A stretch of 64,000 bases of DNA. It comes from Acidimicrobiales bacterium (GTDB lineage: Bacteria > Actinomycetota > Acidimicrobiia > Acidimicrobiales > JACCXE01). The position numbers and the translations under genes are program-made. The DNA lies in assembly GCA_046594835.1 (NCBI GenBank), contig JBKJQZ010000069.1, forward strand, positions 1,212-65,211. Direction: 5' to 3'. The stretch's first letter is position 1, and each line of letters opens with the position of its first letter. The notes under the pieces are model-generated. The model did no database searches. It was given only the letters and a program-made list of their open reading frames with translations, and was not told the origin of the DNA. This document shows, piece after piece, positions 19,042 through 28,762 of the stretch.

Positions 19042-22000
19042 ATGCGAGGCGCACTTGAAACACGCGAGCGCGACGGCGCCGGTGCTCACACCGAGGCTCC
19101 CGATCCGTCTGCGAGGGAACACCCGCGGACGATTGGCTGGGTCGGCACAACGGCAATGGCGATGGGCGGAAGCAACCAGAGCCTGTTCCTGATCGGTGCG
19201 CTGATAGCGGCGCAAGGGAGCGCGGCGGTTCCCCTGCTGGTGCTCGGCCTGTTGATGAGCTGGGCTGCCATGCCGGGTTGGACCGAGTTGATCCTGCTTT
19301 ATCCGAACCGCGTCGGGGGCATCGCGGCTGCGTGCGCGGAAGCGTTCAAGCCCTACTCACCTGTTCTCGCGAATCTCACCGGCACCTGTTACTGGTGGGG
19401 GTGGGTACCGACCTGCGGCCTGACTGCGTTGCTGTCGGCGTCGGCGATCCATGACTGGTACCTACCAGGAGTGCCGATCACGCCCATGGCGATTGCGATC
19501 GTCGTCGGCTTCACGCTCGCCAACCTGGCCGGATTGCGCAAGGTGACCAACCTCGCGATCCTCATCGCCACCGGATCCGCCTTCCTCGCCTTCGTCTCGG
19601 CGGTAGCACCGGTGTTCGCAGGCAACGTCGACTGGCACCAGGCGATGTCGTTCCACCTTGCGACGCCGTTCGGCGGCGCGTTCGGCAAGTTCACGAGCGC
19701 AATGGCTGGGCTGTATCTCATCGGGTTCGCCGCTCCCGCGTTCGAGGCCGCGGCGTGCCATGTCGGCGAGACGATCGACCCGAACCGAAACGTTCCGCGT
19801 GCCATGTTCGCCAGCGCCTGGATTGCGACGTTGTACTTCCTTGTGTTGCCGGTCGTGTGGCTTGGCGTGTTCGGGCCCGCGCCAATCACCGCCAATCTCG
19901 CCACCACACTCGGCCCGACGTTCGCACCGTTGTTCGGGGGCGCGGCCAGGGCGGCCGCGGTGTGGTTCATGGTGCTCAACATGTTCCACGGCACGCTCAC
20001 TCCCGTCACGGGTGTCGCGCGCACATTGTCGCAACTCTCCGAGGACGGTCTCCTGCCGCGTGTCTTGGCGAAGCGGCTGCGCAACGACGTGCCCTGGGTC
20101 GCCTCGGCACTGACCGCAGCGTTCGCGATCGCCTTCCTCGTCGCGGGTGATCCGATCTGGATGATTGCGGCCGCAAACTTCACCTATCTGATCGGCATCT
20201 CGCTGCCGAGCGTTGCGGTCTGGCTGCTGCGCAAGAACCAGCCGCACCTGGTCCGTCCGTATCGCGCGCCGCGCTTCACGATCGGTCTCGGTCTGCTTGC
20301 CGCGCTGGGCTGGGGTATCAGCACGATCTTCGGCTTCGAGCAGTTCGGCTTGCCGACGGTGCTCTTCGGCCTCGGCCTCGCGTATTCGGGAGCGGGCGCT
20401 TACGTATTCCGTCAGTGGCGCGACCGCGACGGCCGCCCAAAGCTCGTCAAGCGTTCGTTGCACTTGAAGTTGACCGGCGCGATGTTGGCGGTGATGGCGC
20501 TCGACGGAGCGGGCTACCTCCTCGCGGTAAGCCACGTCACCGCCGCTGACCCTGCTCTGATTAGCGTGCTTCAAGACATTTTTGTCGCGGTCGCCGTGCT
20601 CACAATCACCGTCGGGCTCGTGTTGCCGGGCATGATCGCCCACGGTGCGAGCGAGGTGTCCAACGCTGCGGACCGCCTTGTTAGCGGCACGTTGGCAGAC
20701 CTGACCCGAGCGATGCGTGCGTTATCGGAAGGTGATCTCGAGGGAGCGAGCGCTCGGGTCGACAATCCGCACATCGCGATCCACTCGCGCGACGAGGTCG
20801 GTGCGATGGCGTCGAGCTTCAACGAGATCCTCGACGAGTCGGGCCGCGCCGCGGAGGCGCTCGATAGTGCTCGCTCCGGACTGCAAGCCGTGCTGGCCGA
20901 CCTCAAAGAGACGAAGGTGCAACTCGAGATCGCGCTGGCCGAAGCGACCGAAGCCTCGCGTTTGAAGTCGGCGTTTCTCGCCAACATGAGCCATGAGATC
21001 CGCACGCCGATGAACGGCGTGATGGGCATGATCGGGTTGTTGCTCGACAGCGAGCTCGCCCCGGAACAACGCGACTACGTCGAGACGATGGCCGGATCGG
21101 CCGAGGCGCTCGGCGGGATCGTCAACGACGTGCTCGATTTCTCCAAAATCGAAGCCGGCAAGCTGGACATTGAGCACCGGCAGTTCGCACTGCCCGCAGC
21201 GGTGGACGCCGCGCTCGACGCCCTGGCCACGAGCGCCGGCGACAAGGGCATCGAGCTGATCAGCGTGATTGCGCCGGGCGTACCCGAACTCGTCATCGGC
21301 GACCGTCTGCGGCTACGCCAGGTGGTGTCCAACCTGGTGTCAAACGCGATCAAGTTCACCGACGTCGGCCATGTGTTGGTGCGGGTGTCGCCGACTCCAA
21401 CCGGGGTGTGCTTCGAGGTGATTGACACCGGCATCGGCGTGCCCCGCGAAAATCGCAGCCGGCTGTTCGAGGCATTTGTGCAGGCCGACGACTCCGATTC
21501 ACGGCGCTACGGAGGCAGCGGCCTGGGTCTCGCCATCTGCCGCCAGCTCGTGGAACTGATGGGCGGGACCATTGGCGTTGCGAGCGAAGGCAACGGCGGC
21601 AGCAGGTTCTGGTTCACGCTTCCTTTCGAAGTCCTGGCCGGACCGTCGGTCCGACGTATCGAGCAGCCCGTCCGCGCGCTCGTTGTGACGCGGCAGCCCG
21701 CGTTGGCGGACGCGCTCATCGATCTCATGGGTCAATGGTCAATCAGTGCGAGCAGCGTCGAGGGTTACTTCGCCGAGCGTGAGGTGGCGGACGCTGCGTT
21801 GCGCGGCAAGCCATTCGATGTGGTGGTGATTGACGTTGATCCCGGCGGCGCGCACCAGAAGGCGCTTGCGCGCTCGATAGGCACCGACACCGATCGCGGA
21901 TCGCCGCGGGTCGTCGCGCTTACGCCACCGGGCCGGGGTGTGCGGGATCTGGACAAGGGCGTCGACGGGTGGGTGACAAAACCGGTGCACCAGGCTGCGC

Positions 22001-22485
22001 TGTTCGACTGTTTGACGAGCCTGCTCGGAGTGGCCGCGGACGGTCAGGACGAGGGTCCGCCGGCCCCGTCGCCGGCCCGGTCCGCGGCGCGCGGACGACT
22101 CCTGGTCGTGGAGGACAACCTGGTCAACCAGAAAGTTGCGTTGGCGATGCTCACAAGGCTCGGGTACACCTGCGACGTGGCCCTTGATGGCCGAGAGGCG
22201 TTGGTCGCGCTGGGCGCTGCGCACTACGACGCGGTTTTGATGGACTGTCAGATGCCGAACATGGACGGGTACGAAGCGACCGCCGCGATCAGGCTGGTGG
22301 AAAGCATGAGAGACGTGCCGATCGTCGCGATGACCGCGTCGGCGATGGCATCAGACCGCGAGCGCTGCCTCGCCGTCGGCATGGACGATTACGTGTCGAA
22401 GCCAGTCGACCCCGAGTTGCTTGCCTCCGTCGTGGAACGTTGGGTCGGGTCGCGCCACCCCGTTGGCGCTTCCGGTCTTTCTTGA
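19042..22485 (+). CDS. APC-superfamily permease domain fused to HAMP, HisKA, HATPase_c, a degenerate REC-like domain and a canonical REC domain (hybrid sensor kinase)
   Basis: One uninterrupted 1147-aa ORF. The N-terminal ~480 aa has about 12 TM helices and APC hallmarks ([13 protein letters not shown]..., [31 protein letters not shown]). Two more TM helices and HAMP follow. The H-box is [11 protein letters not shown]. The N/G boxes are [13 protein letters not shown] and GGSGLGLAI. The terminal REC has [20 protein letters not shown] and SKP. Confidence 0.85.
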   Translation: MRGALETRERDGAGAHTEAPDPSAREHPRTIGWVGTTAMAMGGSNQSLFLIGALIAAQGSAAVPLLVLGLLMSWAAMPGWTELILLYPNRVGGIAAACAEAFKPYSPVLANLTGTCYWWGWVPTCGLTALLSASAIHDWYLPGVPITPMAIAIVVGFTLANLAGLRKVTNLAILIATGSAFLAFVSAVAPVFAGNVDWHQAMSFHLATPFGGAFGKFTSAMAGLYLIGFAAPAFEAAACHVGETIDPNRNVPRAMFASAWIATLYFLVLPVVWLGVFGPAPITANLATTLGPTFAPLFGGAARAAAVWFMVLNMFHGTLTPVTGVARTLSQLSEDGLLPRVLAKRLRNDVPWVASALTAAFAIAFLVAGDPIWMIAAANFTYLIGISLPSVAVWLLRKNQPHLVRPYRAPRFTIGLGLLAALGWGISTIFGFEQFGLPTVLFGLGLAYSGAGAYVFRQWRDRDGRPKLVKRSLHLKLTGAMLAVMALDGAGYLLAVSHVTAADPALISVLQDIFVAVAVLTITVGLVLPGMIAHGASEVSNAADRLVSGTLADLTRAMRALSEGDLEGASARVDNPHIAIHSRDEVGAMASSFNEILDESGRAAEALDSARSGLQAVLADLKETKVQLEIALAEATEASRLKSAFLANMSHEIRTPMNGVMGMIGLLLDSELAPEQRDYVETMAGSAEALGGIVNDVLDFSKIEAGKLDIEHRQFALPAAVDAALDALATSAGDKGIELISVIAPGVPELVIGDRLRLRQVVSNLVSNAIKFTDVGHVLVRVSPTPTGVCFEVIDTGIGVPRENRSRLFEAFVQADDSDSRRYGGSGLGLAICRQLVELMGGTIGVASEGNGGSRFWFTLPFEVLAGPSVRRIEQPVRALVVTRQPALADALIDLMGQWSISASSVEGYFAEREVADAALRGKPFDVVVIDVDPGGAHQKALARSIGTDTDRGSPRVVALTPPGRGVRDLDKGVDGWVTKPVHQAALFDCLTSLLGVAADGQDEGPPAPSPARSAARGRLLVVEDNLVNQKVALAMLTRLGYTCDVALDGREALVALGAAHYDAVLMDCQMPNMDGYEATAAIRLVESMRDVPIVAMTASAMASDRERCLAVGMDDYVSKPVDPELLASVVERWVGSRHPVGASGLS

Positions 22486-22647
22486 GTCCTCGATTACGAC
22501 GTCGGCCCCGTTCCCGCTGCGGACGATCACGCTCCCGGACTGGATGACGAACATGTCCTGGCCTGGGTCGCCCTTGCGGACGATGAATTCGCCGTCGCGA
22601 AAGTCCCTCTCCGACTCGGAGGCGGCGGCAAATCGATCCGTCAGCAT
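22351..22647 (-). pseudogene. Truncated cyclic-nucleotide-binding domain remnant
   Basis: FRDGEFIVRKGDPGQDMFVIQSGSVIVRS matches the first half of a cNMP-binding beta-roll. The FGE...RSA half is missing. The last 135 nt of the ORF run antisense through the 3' end of the kinase gene. Confidence 0.5.
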
Positions 22648-22656
22648 TCCCGCAAT

Positions 22657-22866
22657 CTACGGGTCGAGCGCGCGCAAGATGAGCGCCCACGAGGCGAGCC
22701 CGTGCTGGCACCACGCGTCGGGCGCGACGAGGCAATTGTCGGGACACCGGCACACGCCGTCGCCCGCCCACTCATCGAGCGTCTCTGGATCCGGCGGCGC
22801 CCATCCACTGTTGTGCTCGAACCATTCGTGCGCGTTGCGGATCGCGGCGGCCGCAGAGGTCGTCAT
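22657..22866 (-). CDS. Small Cys-motif protein (69 aa) of unknown function
   Basis: GGGAGAG lies about 4 nt upstream of the ATG at 22866. Product MTTSAAAAIRNAHEWFEHNSGWAPPDPETLDEWAGDGVCRCPDNCLVAPDAWCQHGLASW... carries a CxCx4C...CxH pattern suggesting metal binding. Confidence 0.55.
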   Translation of the reverse strand: MTTSAAAAIRNAHEWFEHNSGWAPPDPETLDEWAGDGVCRCPDNCLVAPDAWCQHGLASWALILRALDP

Positions 22867-22889
22867 GGGCTCTCCCGCGCGATGCGTAC

Positions 22890-23318
22890 TTATTCCATTC
22901 CGGTGGGGTTGTCGTTGACTTCTTGCAGCACCCACTGGTTCCCGTCGGGATCGGCGATCTCCGCGTAGGTGCCGAACCGGGCGCGCTCGGGGTGCAGGCC
23001 GGGCGCCTTGCCCTCGGTGCCGAAGTGGTACGGATCGCCGACGGGCGCGCCGCGCCCTTTGAGATCGTCGATGGCCGCTGCGATGTCGCGGACGCAGAGG
23101 TGCATGCCGCTGTACATGCCCGCCTTGGCCGGATCGGACACGCCGAGGCCGAACGTGATCGAGCAGTCCGAGCCCGGCGGGGTGAGCTGCACGACGCGGA
23201 ACTGATCGCCCATCGCGTGGTCGACGTCGAGGTTCCAGCCCATCTGCTCCTCGTAGAACTGTTTGGCACGGTCGACGTCGGTCACCGGCAACACGAAGAC
23301 TTCGATGCGGTAGTCCAT
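22890..23318 (-). CDS. VOC / glyoxalase-bleomycin-resistance family protein
   Basis: MDYRIEVFVLPVTDVDRAKQFYEEQMGW...DPDGNQWVLQE is a typical VOC fold pattern. The ATG at 23318 lies 4 nt after the upstream stop. Confidence 0.8.
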   Translation of the reverse strand: MDYRIEVFVLPVTDVDRAKQFYEEQMGWNLDVDHAMGDQFRVVQLTPPGSDCSITFGLGVSDPAKAGMYSGMHLCVRDIAAAIDDLKGRGAPVGDPYHFGTEGKAPGLHPERARFGTYAEIADPDGNQWVLQEVNDNPTGME

Positions 23319-23322
23319 CGCT

Positions 23323-24078
23323 TTATTGGTCCGCGTACATGAGCGAGCCGGGCGTGGTGAGCAGCTCACCGGATTCGAGCCAGGTCTTGAGGCCCGACAG
23401 GATCATCGGCCAGCCGCCGTAGATCTGATCGTTTGCGCCTTCGCGCATCTGATCGTGCGTGAGTCTGAGCAGACACGAATCACCGACTGCTTCGATCTCC
23501 CACGTGATGCGCGTCGTGCCCTCTTCTTTCACGTCGTCGCCCCACAGCGCGCGCATCGTTTGCACGAGTCGGCGCGGTGGATCGGTCTCGACGATCTCGC
23601 CCTCGCCCAGCGGCATGCCGTCGGGTGTCGACATCTCGTAGGACGCGCCCTTTGCAAAGCTCGACTTCACGCGCGCACCGAACTGATACTTGCTGCGCGT
23701 TTCTTCGTCGGTGATCGCCTGCCACAACTTGTCGGGGGTGGTCTTGATGTAGATCTCGTAGATCTTTTCCATCGTGTTCTCCATATCGCTCTTGAGCTCG
23801 CTGAGCGTGGCCGCCCATGGCTCTGCGTATTTGCTTACCCACCGGTCGTGAAGTAGCCGGATGGGAATGGGGTTGAGGAAGTGCAACTTCTCCCGTCCCC
23901 GACGACGGGGGACGACCAGGTGCGCGTCCTCGAGAACCTTGAGGTGCTTCATGACGTTCTGGCGTGTCATGTCGAACCGGGCCTCGAGTTGGCCGAGCGT
24001 TTGGCCGTCCTGACGGAACAACGCATCCAGCAGCGTCCGCCGAGTCGGGTCGGCGATTGCTCTGAATACGTCCTCCAT
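23323..24078 (-). CDS. ArsR-family HTH regulator fused to SRPBCC/AHSA1 domain
   Basis: FRAIADPTRRTLLDAL...LGQLEARFDMTRQNVMKHLKVLEDAHLV is the ArsR wHTH. The C-terminal IYIKTTPDKLWQAITDEE...GGWPMILSGLKTWLE is SRPBCC-like. Confidence 0.85.
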   Translation of the reverse strand: MEDVFRAIADPTRRTLLDALFRQDGQTLGQLEARFDMTRQNVMKHLKVLEDAHLVVPRRRGREKLHFLNPIPIRLLHDRWVSKYAEPWAATLSELKSDMENTMEKIYEIYIKTTPDKLWQAITDEETRSKYQFGARVKSSFAKGASYEMSTPDGMPLGEGEIVETDPPRRLVQTMRALWGDDVKEEGTTRITWEIEAVGDSCLLRLTHDQMREGANDQIYGGWPMILSGLKTWLESGELLTTPGSLMYADQ

Positions 24079-24094
24079 CGCCCGCCCACCATAT

Positions 24095-24110
24095 GTAACC
24101 AACTAGTTAC
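24095..24110. promoter_or_regulatory. Inverted repeat GTAAC-N6-GTTAC in the divergent ArsR/alkA intergenic region (candidate operator)
   Basis: GTAACcaactaGTTAC contains the perfect palindrome AACTAGTT. The local sequence is AT-richer than its surroundings and lies between the divergent starts at 24078 and 24186. Confidence 0.3.
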
Positions 24111-24185
24111 CTGTCAAGGGTGGTCGCCGACCTACCTGTCGGATTTCCGCTAGTCCTCACACCCGTGGCGTGCCAGAGTGGCGGC

Positions 24186-25637
24186 GTGCACGAGGACTTC
24201 GACCGCTGCTACCGGGCGGTGCAGTCCAAGGACGCACGCTTCGACGGTTGGTTCGTCACGGCGGTTCTAACGACGAAGATTTACTGCCGGCCGAGCTGCC
24301 CGGTGCGTCCACCGCTGGCCAAGAACATGCGTTTCTTACCGTCGGCTGCGGCCGCGCAACAGGCGGGGTTCCGGGCGTGCAAGCGGTGCCGGCCCGACGC
24401 GTCGCCCGGTTCGCCGGAGTGGAACCTGCGCTCCGACCTCGTGTCGCGCGCCATGCGACTTATCGGAGACGGGGTGGTCGACCGCGAAGGCGTGTCGGGC
24501 CTCGCGTCACGCCTGGGTTACTCCACCCGTCAGCTCGAGCGGCACCTCCAGGCTGAGGTCGGCGCCGGGCCGCTAGCGGTTGCTCGTGCGCAACGCGCCC
24601 AGACCGCACGTCTCCTTATTGAGACGACCGAGATGCCCTTCAGCGCGGTGGCCTTCGGTGCGGGTTTCGCGTCGATCCGTCAGTTCAACGACACGGTCCG
24701 CCTCGTCTTTGACGGCACGCCGACCGGACTGCGTGAGCAGGCGCGTCGGCGCAAGACCATTACTGCGCCGGGCTCGCTGTCGTTCCGGCTCCCGTTCCGC
24801 AAGCCGTTCGCCGCTGACCCGTTGTTCGGCCGGCTGGTCTCGGTGGGGGTGCCCGGCGTTGAGGAGTTTCGCGACGGCGCCTACCGGCGCACGATGCGGC
24901 TGCCACATGGCACATGCATCGCCGAGCTCTCGCCGACTCCCGATTTCATCGCGTGCCGGTTGATCCTCGACGACGTGCGCGACATCACCACTGCGATCGC
25001 GCGCTGCCGGCGCCTGCTCGACCTCGACGCCGACCCCGAGGCGATCGACGCCGCGCTCGGTGCGGACCCCTATCTGAAGGAGCTCATCGAAAAGCACCCC
25101 GGCATCCGCATTCGCCGCACGACCGACGAACACGAGACAGCGGTACGGGTTGTGCTCGGCCAGCAGGTCACGCTCGCCGCCGCGCGCAACCACGCGGGCC
25201 GACTCGTGGAGACCTGTGGGACACCGATCGAGGACGCGAGCGGTGGGCTCACCTACCTGTTCCCGTCGCTCGACGAACTCGCATCCTTCGACGCGACCAC
25301 GCTGCGCATGCCGGCCTCGCGGCAGCGCACGCTGCGCGGCGTAATCGACGCATTGGCAAACGGATCTGTGGTGCTCGACGCCGGTGCCGAGTGGGCGCGG
25401 GCGCGTGAACAGTTGCTTGCGTTGCCGGGCATCGGGCCCTGGTCGGCCGAGATGATCGCAATGCGCGCTCTCGGGGATCCCGACGCCTTCCCCGCGACTG
25501 ACGCGGGGGTGCTCAGCGCCGCGCGCACGGCGGGCGCGCCCGGCGATCTGTCGGCGTACGCGCACGAACACTGGCGGCCCTGGCGGTCCTACGCCGTCCA
25601 CTACCTCTGGGCTGCGAACACGAAAGGCGAAGCATGA
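24186..25637 (+). CDS. alkA: Ada-AlkA fusion: Ada Zn-binding methylphosphotriester domain, AraC HTH and DNA-3-methyladenine glycosylase II
   Basis: The Cys4 Ada domain is CYRAVQSKDARFDGWF...YCRPSCP...FRACKRCRP. An AraC-type HTH and an HhH-GPD region (LLALPGIGPWSAEMIAMRALGDPDAFPATD) follow. The GTG at 24186 (VHEDFDRCY) matches, as I recall it, the N-terminus of the mycobacterial Ada-AlkA. The track start at 24120 is the alternative. Confidence 0.88.
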   Translation: MHEDFDRCYRAVQSKDARFDGWFVTAVLTTKIYCRPSCPVRPPLAKNMRFLPSAAAAQQAGFRACKRCRPDASPGSPEWNLRSDLVSRAMRLIGDGVVDREGVSGLASRLGYSTRQLERHLQAEVGAGPLAVARAQRAQTARLLIETTEMPFSAVAFGAGFASIRQFNDTVRLVFDGTPTGLREQARRRKTITAPGSLSFRLPFRKPFAADPLFGRLVSVGVPGVEEFRDGAYRRTMRLPHGTCIAELSPTPDFIACRLILDDVRDITTAIARCRRLLDLDADPEAIDAALGADPYLKELIEKHPGIRIRRTTDEHETAVRVVLGQQVTLAAARNHAGRLVETCGTPIEDASGGLTYLFPSLDELASFDATTLRMPASRQRTLRGVIDALANGSVVLDAGAEWARAREQLLALPGIGPWSAEMIAMRALGDPDAFPATDAGVLSAARTAGAPGDLSAYAHEHWRPWRSYAVHYLWAANTKGEA

Positions 25638-26146
25638 AGCGTCACGAAACCAAGGTCACGCGTGCGCGCACGCTCGAGACGCCGATCGGCGACATCACCC
25701 TCGGCGGCGACGACGACGTCCTGACGCAACTCGTGATGCACGAGCAGCGGCACGCGCCGCTCGACATCGACGAATGGCCCCAGGACCCGAACGCGTTCGG
25801 TGACGTTGTGGATCAGCTGAAGGCGTACTGGGAAGGCGATCTCGCCGACTTCGACGTCGACATGCGGCTCGAGGGCACCGAGTTTCAACAGCGCGTCTGG
25901 CGGGGGCTGCAAGAGATCCCCTACGGCGAGACGTGGTCCTACGGCCAGCTCGCCGATCACATCGGCGCCCACGGCGCGCAGCGCGCGGTGGGCCTCGCGA
26001 ACGGCAAGAACCCCGTTGCCATCATCGTGCCGTGCCACCGCGTGATCGGATCGAGCGGCACCCTCGTTGGCTACGGCGGCGGGCTTGACCGCAAAGGGTT
26101 TCTGCTCGCGCTCGAAGGCGCGATGCACGCGCCGCGGCTGCTCTAG
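25634..26146 (+). CDS. ogt: Methylated-DNA-protein-cysteine methyltransferase
   Basis: The active site IVPCHRVIGSSG is present. The ATG overlaps the alkA stop (ATGA), giving the alkA-ogt operon arrangement I recall from mycobacteria. Confidence 0.92.
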   Translation: MKRHETKVTRARTLETPIGDITLGGDDDVLTQLVMHEQRHAPLDIDEWPQDPNAFGDVVDQLKAYWEGDLADFDVDMRLEGTEFQQRVWRGLQEIPYGETWSYGQLADHIGAHGAQRAVGLANGKNPVAIIVPCHRVIGSSGTLVGYGGGLDRKGFLLALEGAMHAPRLL

Positions 26147-26640
26147 AGCGCGGCCGGAGCGAGTTCGCCGGTGTGCACGTCGTAGACGAAGCCGGCGATC
26201 TCGGTGGTGCTCGGAATGAGCGTGCAATCGCGCAGGATCGCGATGTCGTCGCGTAGAGCGTCGGCCTGGCTGGTCATGGCCAGGAACTCGACGCCCGACG
26301 TATCGGCACCACTCGCCTCAGCTACTCGCGCTGCGATCTCGGCCTCGCTCGACTTCGCCATTGCGCAGTCGGTGTGCTGGACCACGCAGATGCGTTCGAC
26401 GCCAAGGAGGTTCGTGGCGAGGATCAACGAACGAAGCGCGTCATTGGTGATACGAGCGCCGGCGTTGCGGATGATTTTGGCGTCGCCAGGGATGAGGCCG
26501 AGCATCGCGAGCGGGTCGATACGCGAGTCGATGCAGGTAACAACCGCCAACTTCTTTGCGGCGGTGCCGGCAACGCCCGAGTCGTGAAACTTCGATGCGT
26601 AGCGCTTGTTCGCGGCGAGGAGATCGTCGAACATGACCAC
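26143..26640 (-). CDS. Beta-class carbonic anhydrase
   Basis: The zinc ligand context VVTCIDSRIDP and VVQHTDCAM is typical of Rv1284-type beta-CA. Confidence 0.85.
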   Translation of the reverse strand: MVMFDDLLAANKRYASKFHDSGVAGTAAKKLAVVTCIDSRIDPLAMLGLIPGDAKIIRNAGARITNDALRSLILATNLLGVERICVVQHTDCAMAKSSEAEIAARVAEASGADTSGVEFLAMTSQADALRDDIAILRDCTLIPSTTEIAGFVYDVHTGELAPAAL

Positions 26641-26648
26641 TAGTTCTA

Positions 26649-28016
26649 CTAGCGAGCTACGGCGACTCGTGTACCGGCGGGGATGCGGCTGTAGGCGTAG
26701 AAGCCGGGATCCGCGGTCGCGCCGCTGGTGCTTGTGAAGACCCGGACGTGCGGATCGCCGCCGAGGTAGGGGCCCGTCACGATTTCGTTGCCCGCGGCGA
26801 GGTTGGCGTTGCCGACGGCAACCGATACCCCGCCGTTGAACGCAGGGTCGTACGCGTAGAACCCAGGCCCGAACTTGGTGCCGTCGGCGGTGAAGATCGC
26901 GACGTGGGGCCCACCGCCGGGTCGGGTGCCGGTGACGATCTCGGCCTTGGCGTCGCCGGCCACGTTGCCGGCGGCGACGTTGAGGCCACCGAAGTAGTTC
27001 GGTGCGTACGCGAAGAACCCGGGACCGTTGGCGGTGCCGTTGCCCTCGAAGACGCGCAGGTGCGGGCCGCCGCCCGGGCCGGCACCGGTGACGATCTCGT
27101 CTCGGCCGTCTCCATCGACGTCTGCGGCCGCAACCGACACGCCACCGCCGAACGACGGGTTGTACGCGTAGAAGCTCGCAAGCAGATTGCCGGCTACATC
27201 GGTGACCACGACGAGCGGACCGCCGCCGGGGCCAGCCGCGGAGATGATCTCCTTGGCGGAATCACCAAGCACGTCGCCGATCGCGACGCTCACTTCGCCG
27301 TTGAACGAACCAAACGGCGTGAAACTCGACGAGCCGCCGCTGTCGCCCCAGTACACGCCGACAGTGGTCTGGCCCGGGTTCGAACCGACGACGACGTCGG
27401 GCACGGTGTCGGCGTCGAGGAAGCCCGCGGCGACCGATGCGCCCCGGCCACCGCCGTCGTCGAACGCGTAGAAGTTGGTGGCCTTTACGGCGCCGGCCGC
27501 GTTCATGCCCTTCACGTGTGCGGGGCACGGGATGGACTGGTCTTGATCCGGAGGGCCGAAGCCGTAGCCGCAGGCGCCTTGGCCGAGACCCGTAAAGATC
27601 GTCGGCGCGTCCGTCGTGGTGCGTTGGGTCGACGCGAACGCCTGGCGATGCGAGAGGTTGCCGCAGCTGGCGCGCACTTCGAGATCGATGGGGTCTTCGG
27701 CGGGAAACTGCTGGGTCGACGAGATGTCGTTGGTCAACGTCGCACTGAATTCGTTGTTCTGATCGGTCTGGGTTGACTCGGTGTCGATCGGTGGCGGCAG
27801 TGCGTCGGAGCGCGTCGGGAAGCCGAGCGTCAGGTTCACCGTTGCGCCTGCCGAGCAGTAACCGGTGACCGTGAGCTGCGTGCCCGAGGGCCCGGCGACC
27901 GGCGACACTTTGAAGAACAACGCCGGCGCGGGCAACGACAGCGCGTGCGAGGTAGGCGTGGTTGCAAAGGGGGCGATCAGGGCGACGGCGGCAACAGCCG
28001 CAAAGCGGATCCGCAT
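26649..28016 (-). CDS. Secreted FG-GAP/VCBS repeat (beta-propeller) protein
   Basis: Signal peptide MRIRFAAVAAVALIAPFATTPTSHA. There are at least 5 repeats of the form GPGGGPHVRVF...GFYAY.P.F.GGV.VA.GDV.GD...EIVTG. Confidence 0.8.
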   Translation of the reverse strand: MRIRFAAVAAVALIAPFATTPTSHALSLPAPALFFKVSPVAGPSGTQLTVTGYCSAGATVNLTLGFPTRSDALPPPIDTESTQTDQNNEFSATLTNDISSTQQFPAEDPIDLEVRASCGNLSHRQAFASTQRTTTDAPTIFTGLGQGACGYGFGPPDQDQSIPCPAHVKGMNAAGAVKATNFYAFDDGGGRGASVAAGFLDADTVPDVVVGSNPGQTTVGVYWGDSGGSSSFTPFGSFNGEVSVAIGDVLGDSAKEIISAAGPGGGPLVVVTDVAGNLLASFYAYNPSFGGGVSVAAADVDGDGRDEIVTGAGPGGGPHLRVFEGNGTANGPGFFAYAPNYFGGLNVAAGNVAGDAKAEIVTGTRPGGGPHVAIFTADGTKFGPGFYAYDPAFNGGVSVAVGNANLAAGNEIVTGPYLGGDPHVRVFTSTSGATADPGFYAYSRIPAGTRVAVAR

Positions 28017-28063
28017 AGCGACAGCGTACGCCTGTGGGAATGCGGCAGGATTCCGAGGTGACG

Positions 28064-28762
28064 ATGCACCGGTGGCTGTTCGTGGGCCTTGCGATCATGG
28101 CTGCGGTCGGCGGTGTGGGCGCGGCGTTGGTGAGCGGCCAGCACCCCACTAACCCGTCGCTTGGTCTCGAACTCATTGCGATGGCGAAGGATTCGAGTGC
28201 CGATGGCAACGTGCTGCAGTTCGGCGGTGACGGGGGAGGTGGCCCGTTCGCGCGACCGTCGATTCCTGATAGCGAACAGCTCGCCAACCTCCAGAAGACC
28301 GCAGAGCAATTGCAGACCGAGCGCGCCACTCGCTTGCGGGCGATCGTCGATGAGTACGGGTGGCCGGGTAAGCGCCTCGTAGGCCACGACGGTGCGCACG
28401 CGGCGTTCGAACTCTTGCGCCAAGTGGACGACGTTGCGTTTCAGCAACGAGCCCTCGATCTGATGCAACGCCTGCGCGCGGGGGACGTCGACAAGTTTGA
28501 TCTGGCCGCCCAAACCGATCGCGTCGCGGTGCAGCGTCAGCAGCCGCAGACCTACGGCACGCAGGTCAACTGTGACTACGACACCGGCGAGGTGGTGGTG
28601 GCGGGCGGGCTGATCGACGAGGCGCACGTCGACGAACGCCGCGCGGCCATCGGCCTCCCGTCGCTCGCGCTCGATATGAAGGACGCTCGTTACAAGTTCG
28701 GCTCGTGCGTAGCGGACGAACGCTTTGGTCCACCCGTTACCGCCGTGGTCGCGCCCGGCTAG
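28064..28762 (+). CDS. Membrane-anchored hypothetical protein
   Basis: MHRWLFVGLAIMAAVGGVGAALV is an N-terminal TM anchor. The remainder is helical-looking (LRAIVDEYGWPGKRLVGHDGAHAAFELLRQ). The family is uncertain; the start could be 28034. Confidence 0.55.
   Translation: MHRWLFVGLAIMAAVGGVGAALVSGQHPTNPSLGLELIAMAKDSSADGNVLQFGGDGGGGPFARPSIPDSEQLANLQKTAEQLQTERATRLRAIVDEYGWPGKRLVGHDGAHAAFELLRQVDDVAFQQRALDLMQRLRAGDVDKFDLAAQTDRVAVQRQQPQTYGTQVNCDYDTGEVVVAGGLIDEAHVDERRAAIGLPSLALDMKDARYKFGSCVADERFGPPVTAVVAPG

Noticed and set aside
18628-19215. 195-aa minus-strand ORF and small plus-strand ORFs (for example from the ATG at 18775) overlapping tRNA-Ala
   Set aside because: They run through the tRNA gene and have no coding signature.
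26700-27500. Periodic DNA similarity inside 26649..28016
   Set aside because: It is explained by the FG-GAP protein repeats of a single gene, not by an independent repeat element.
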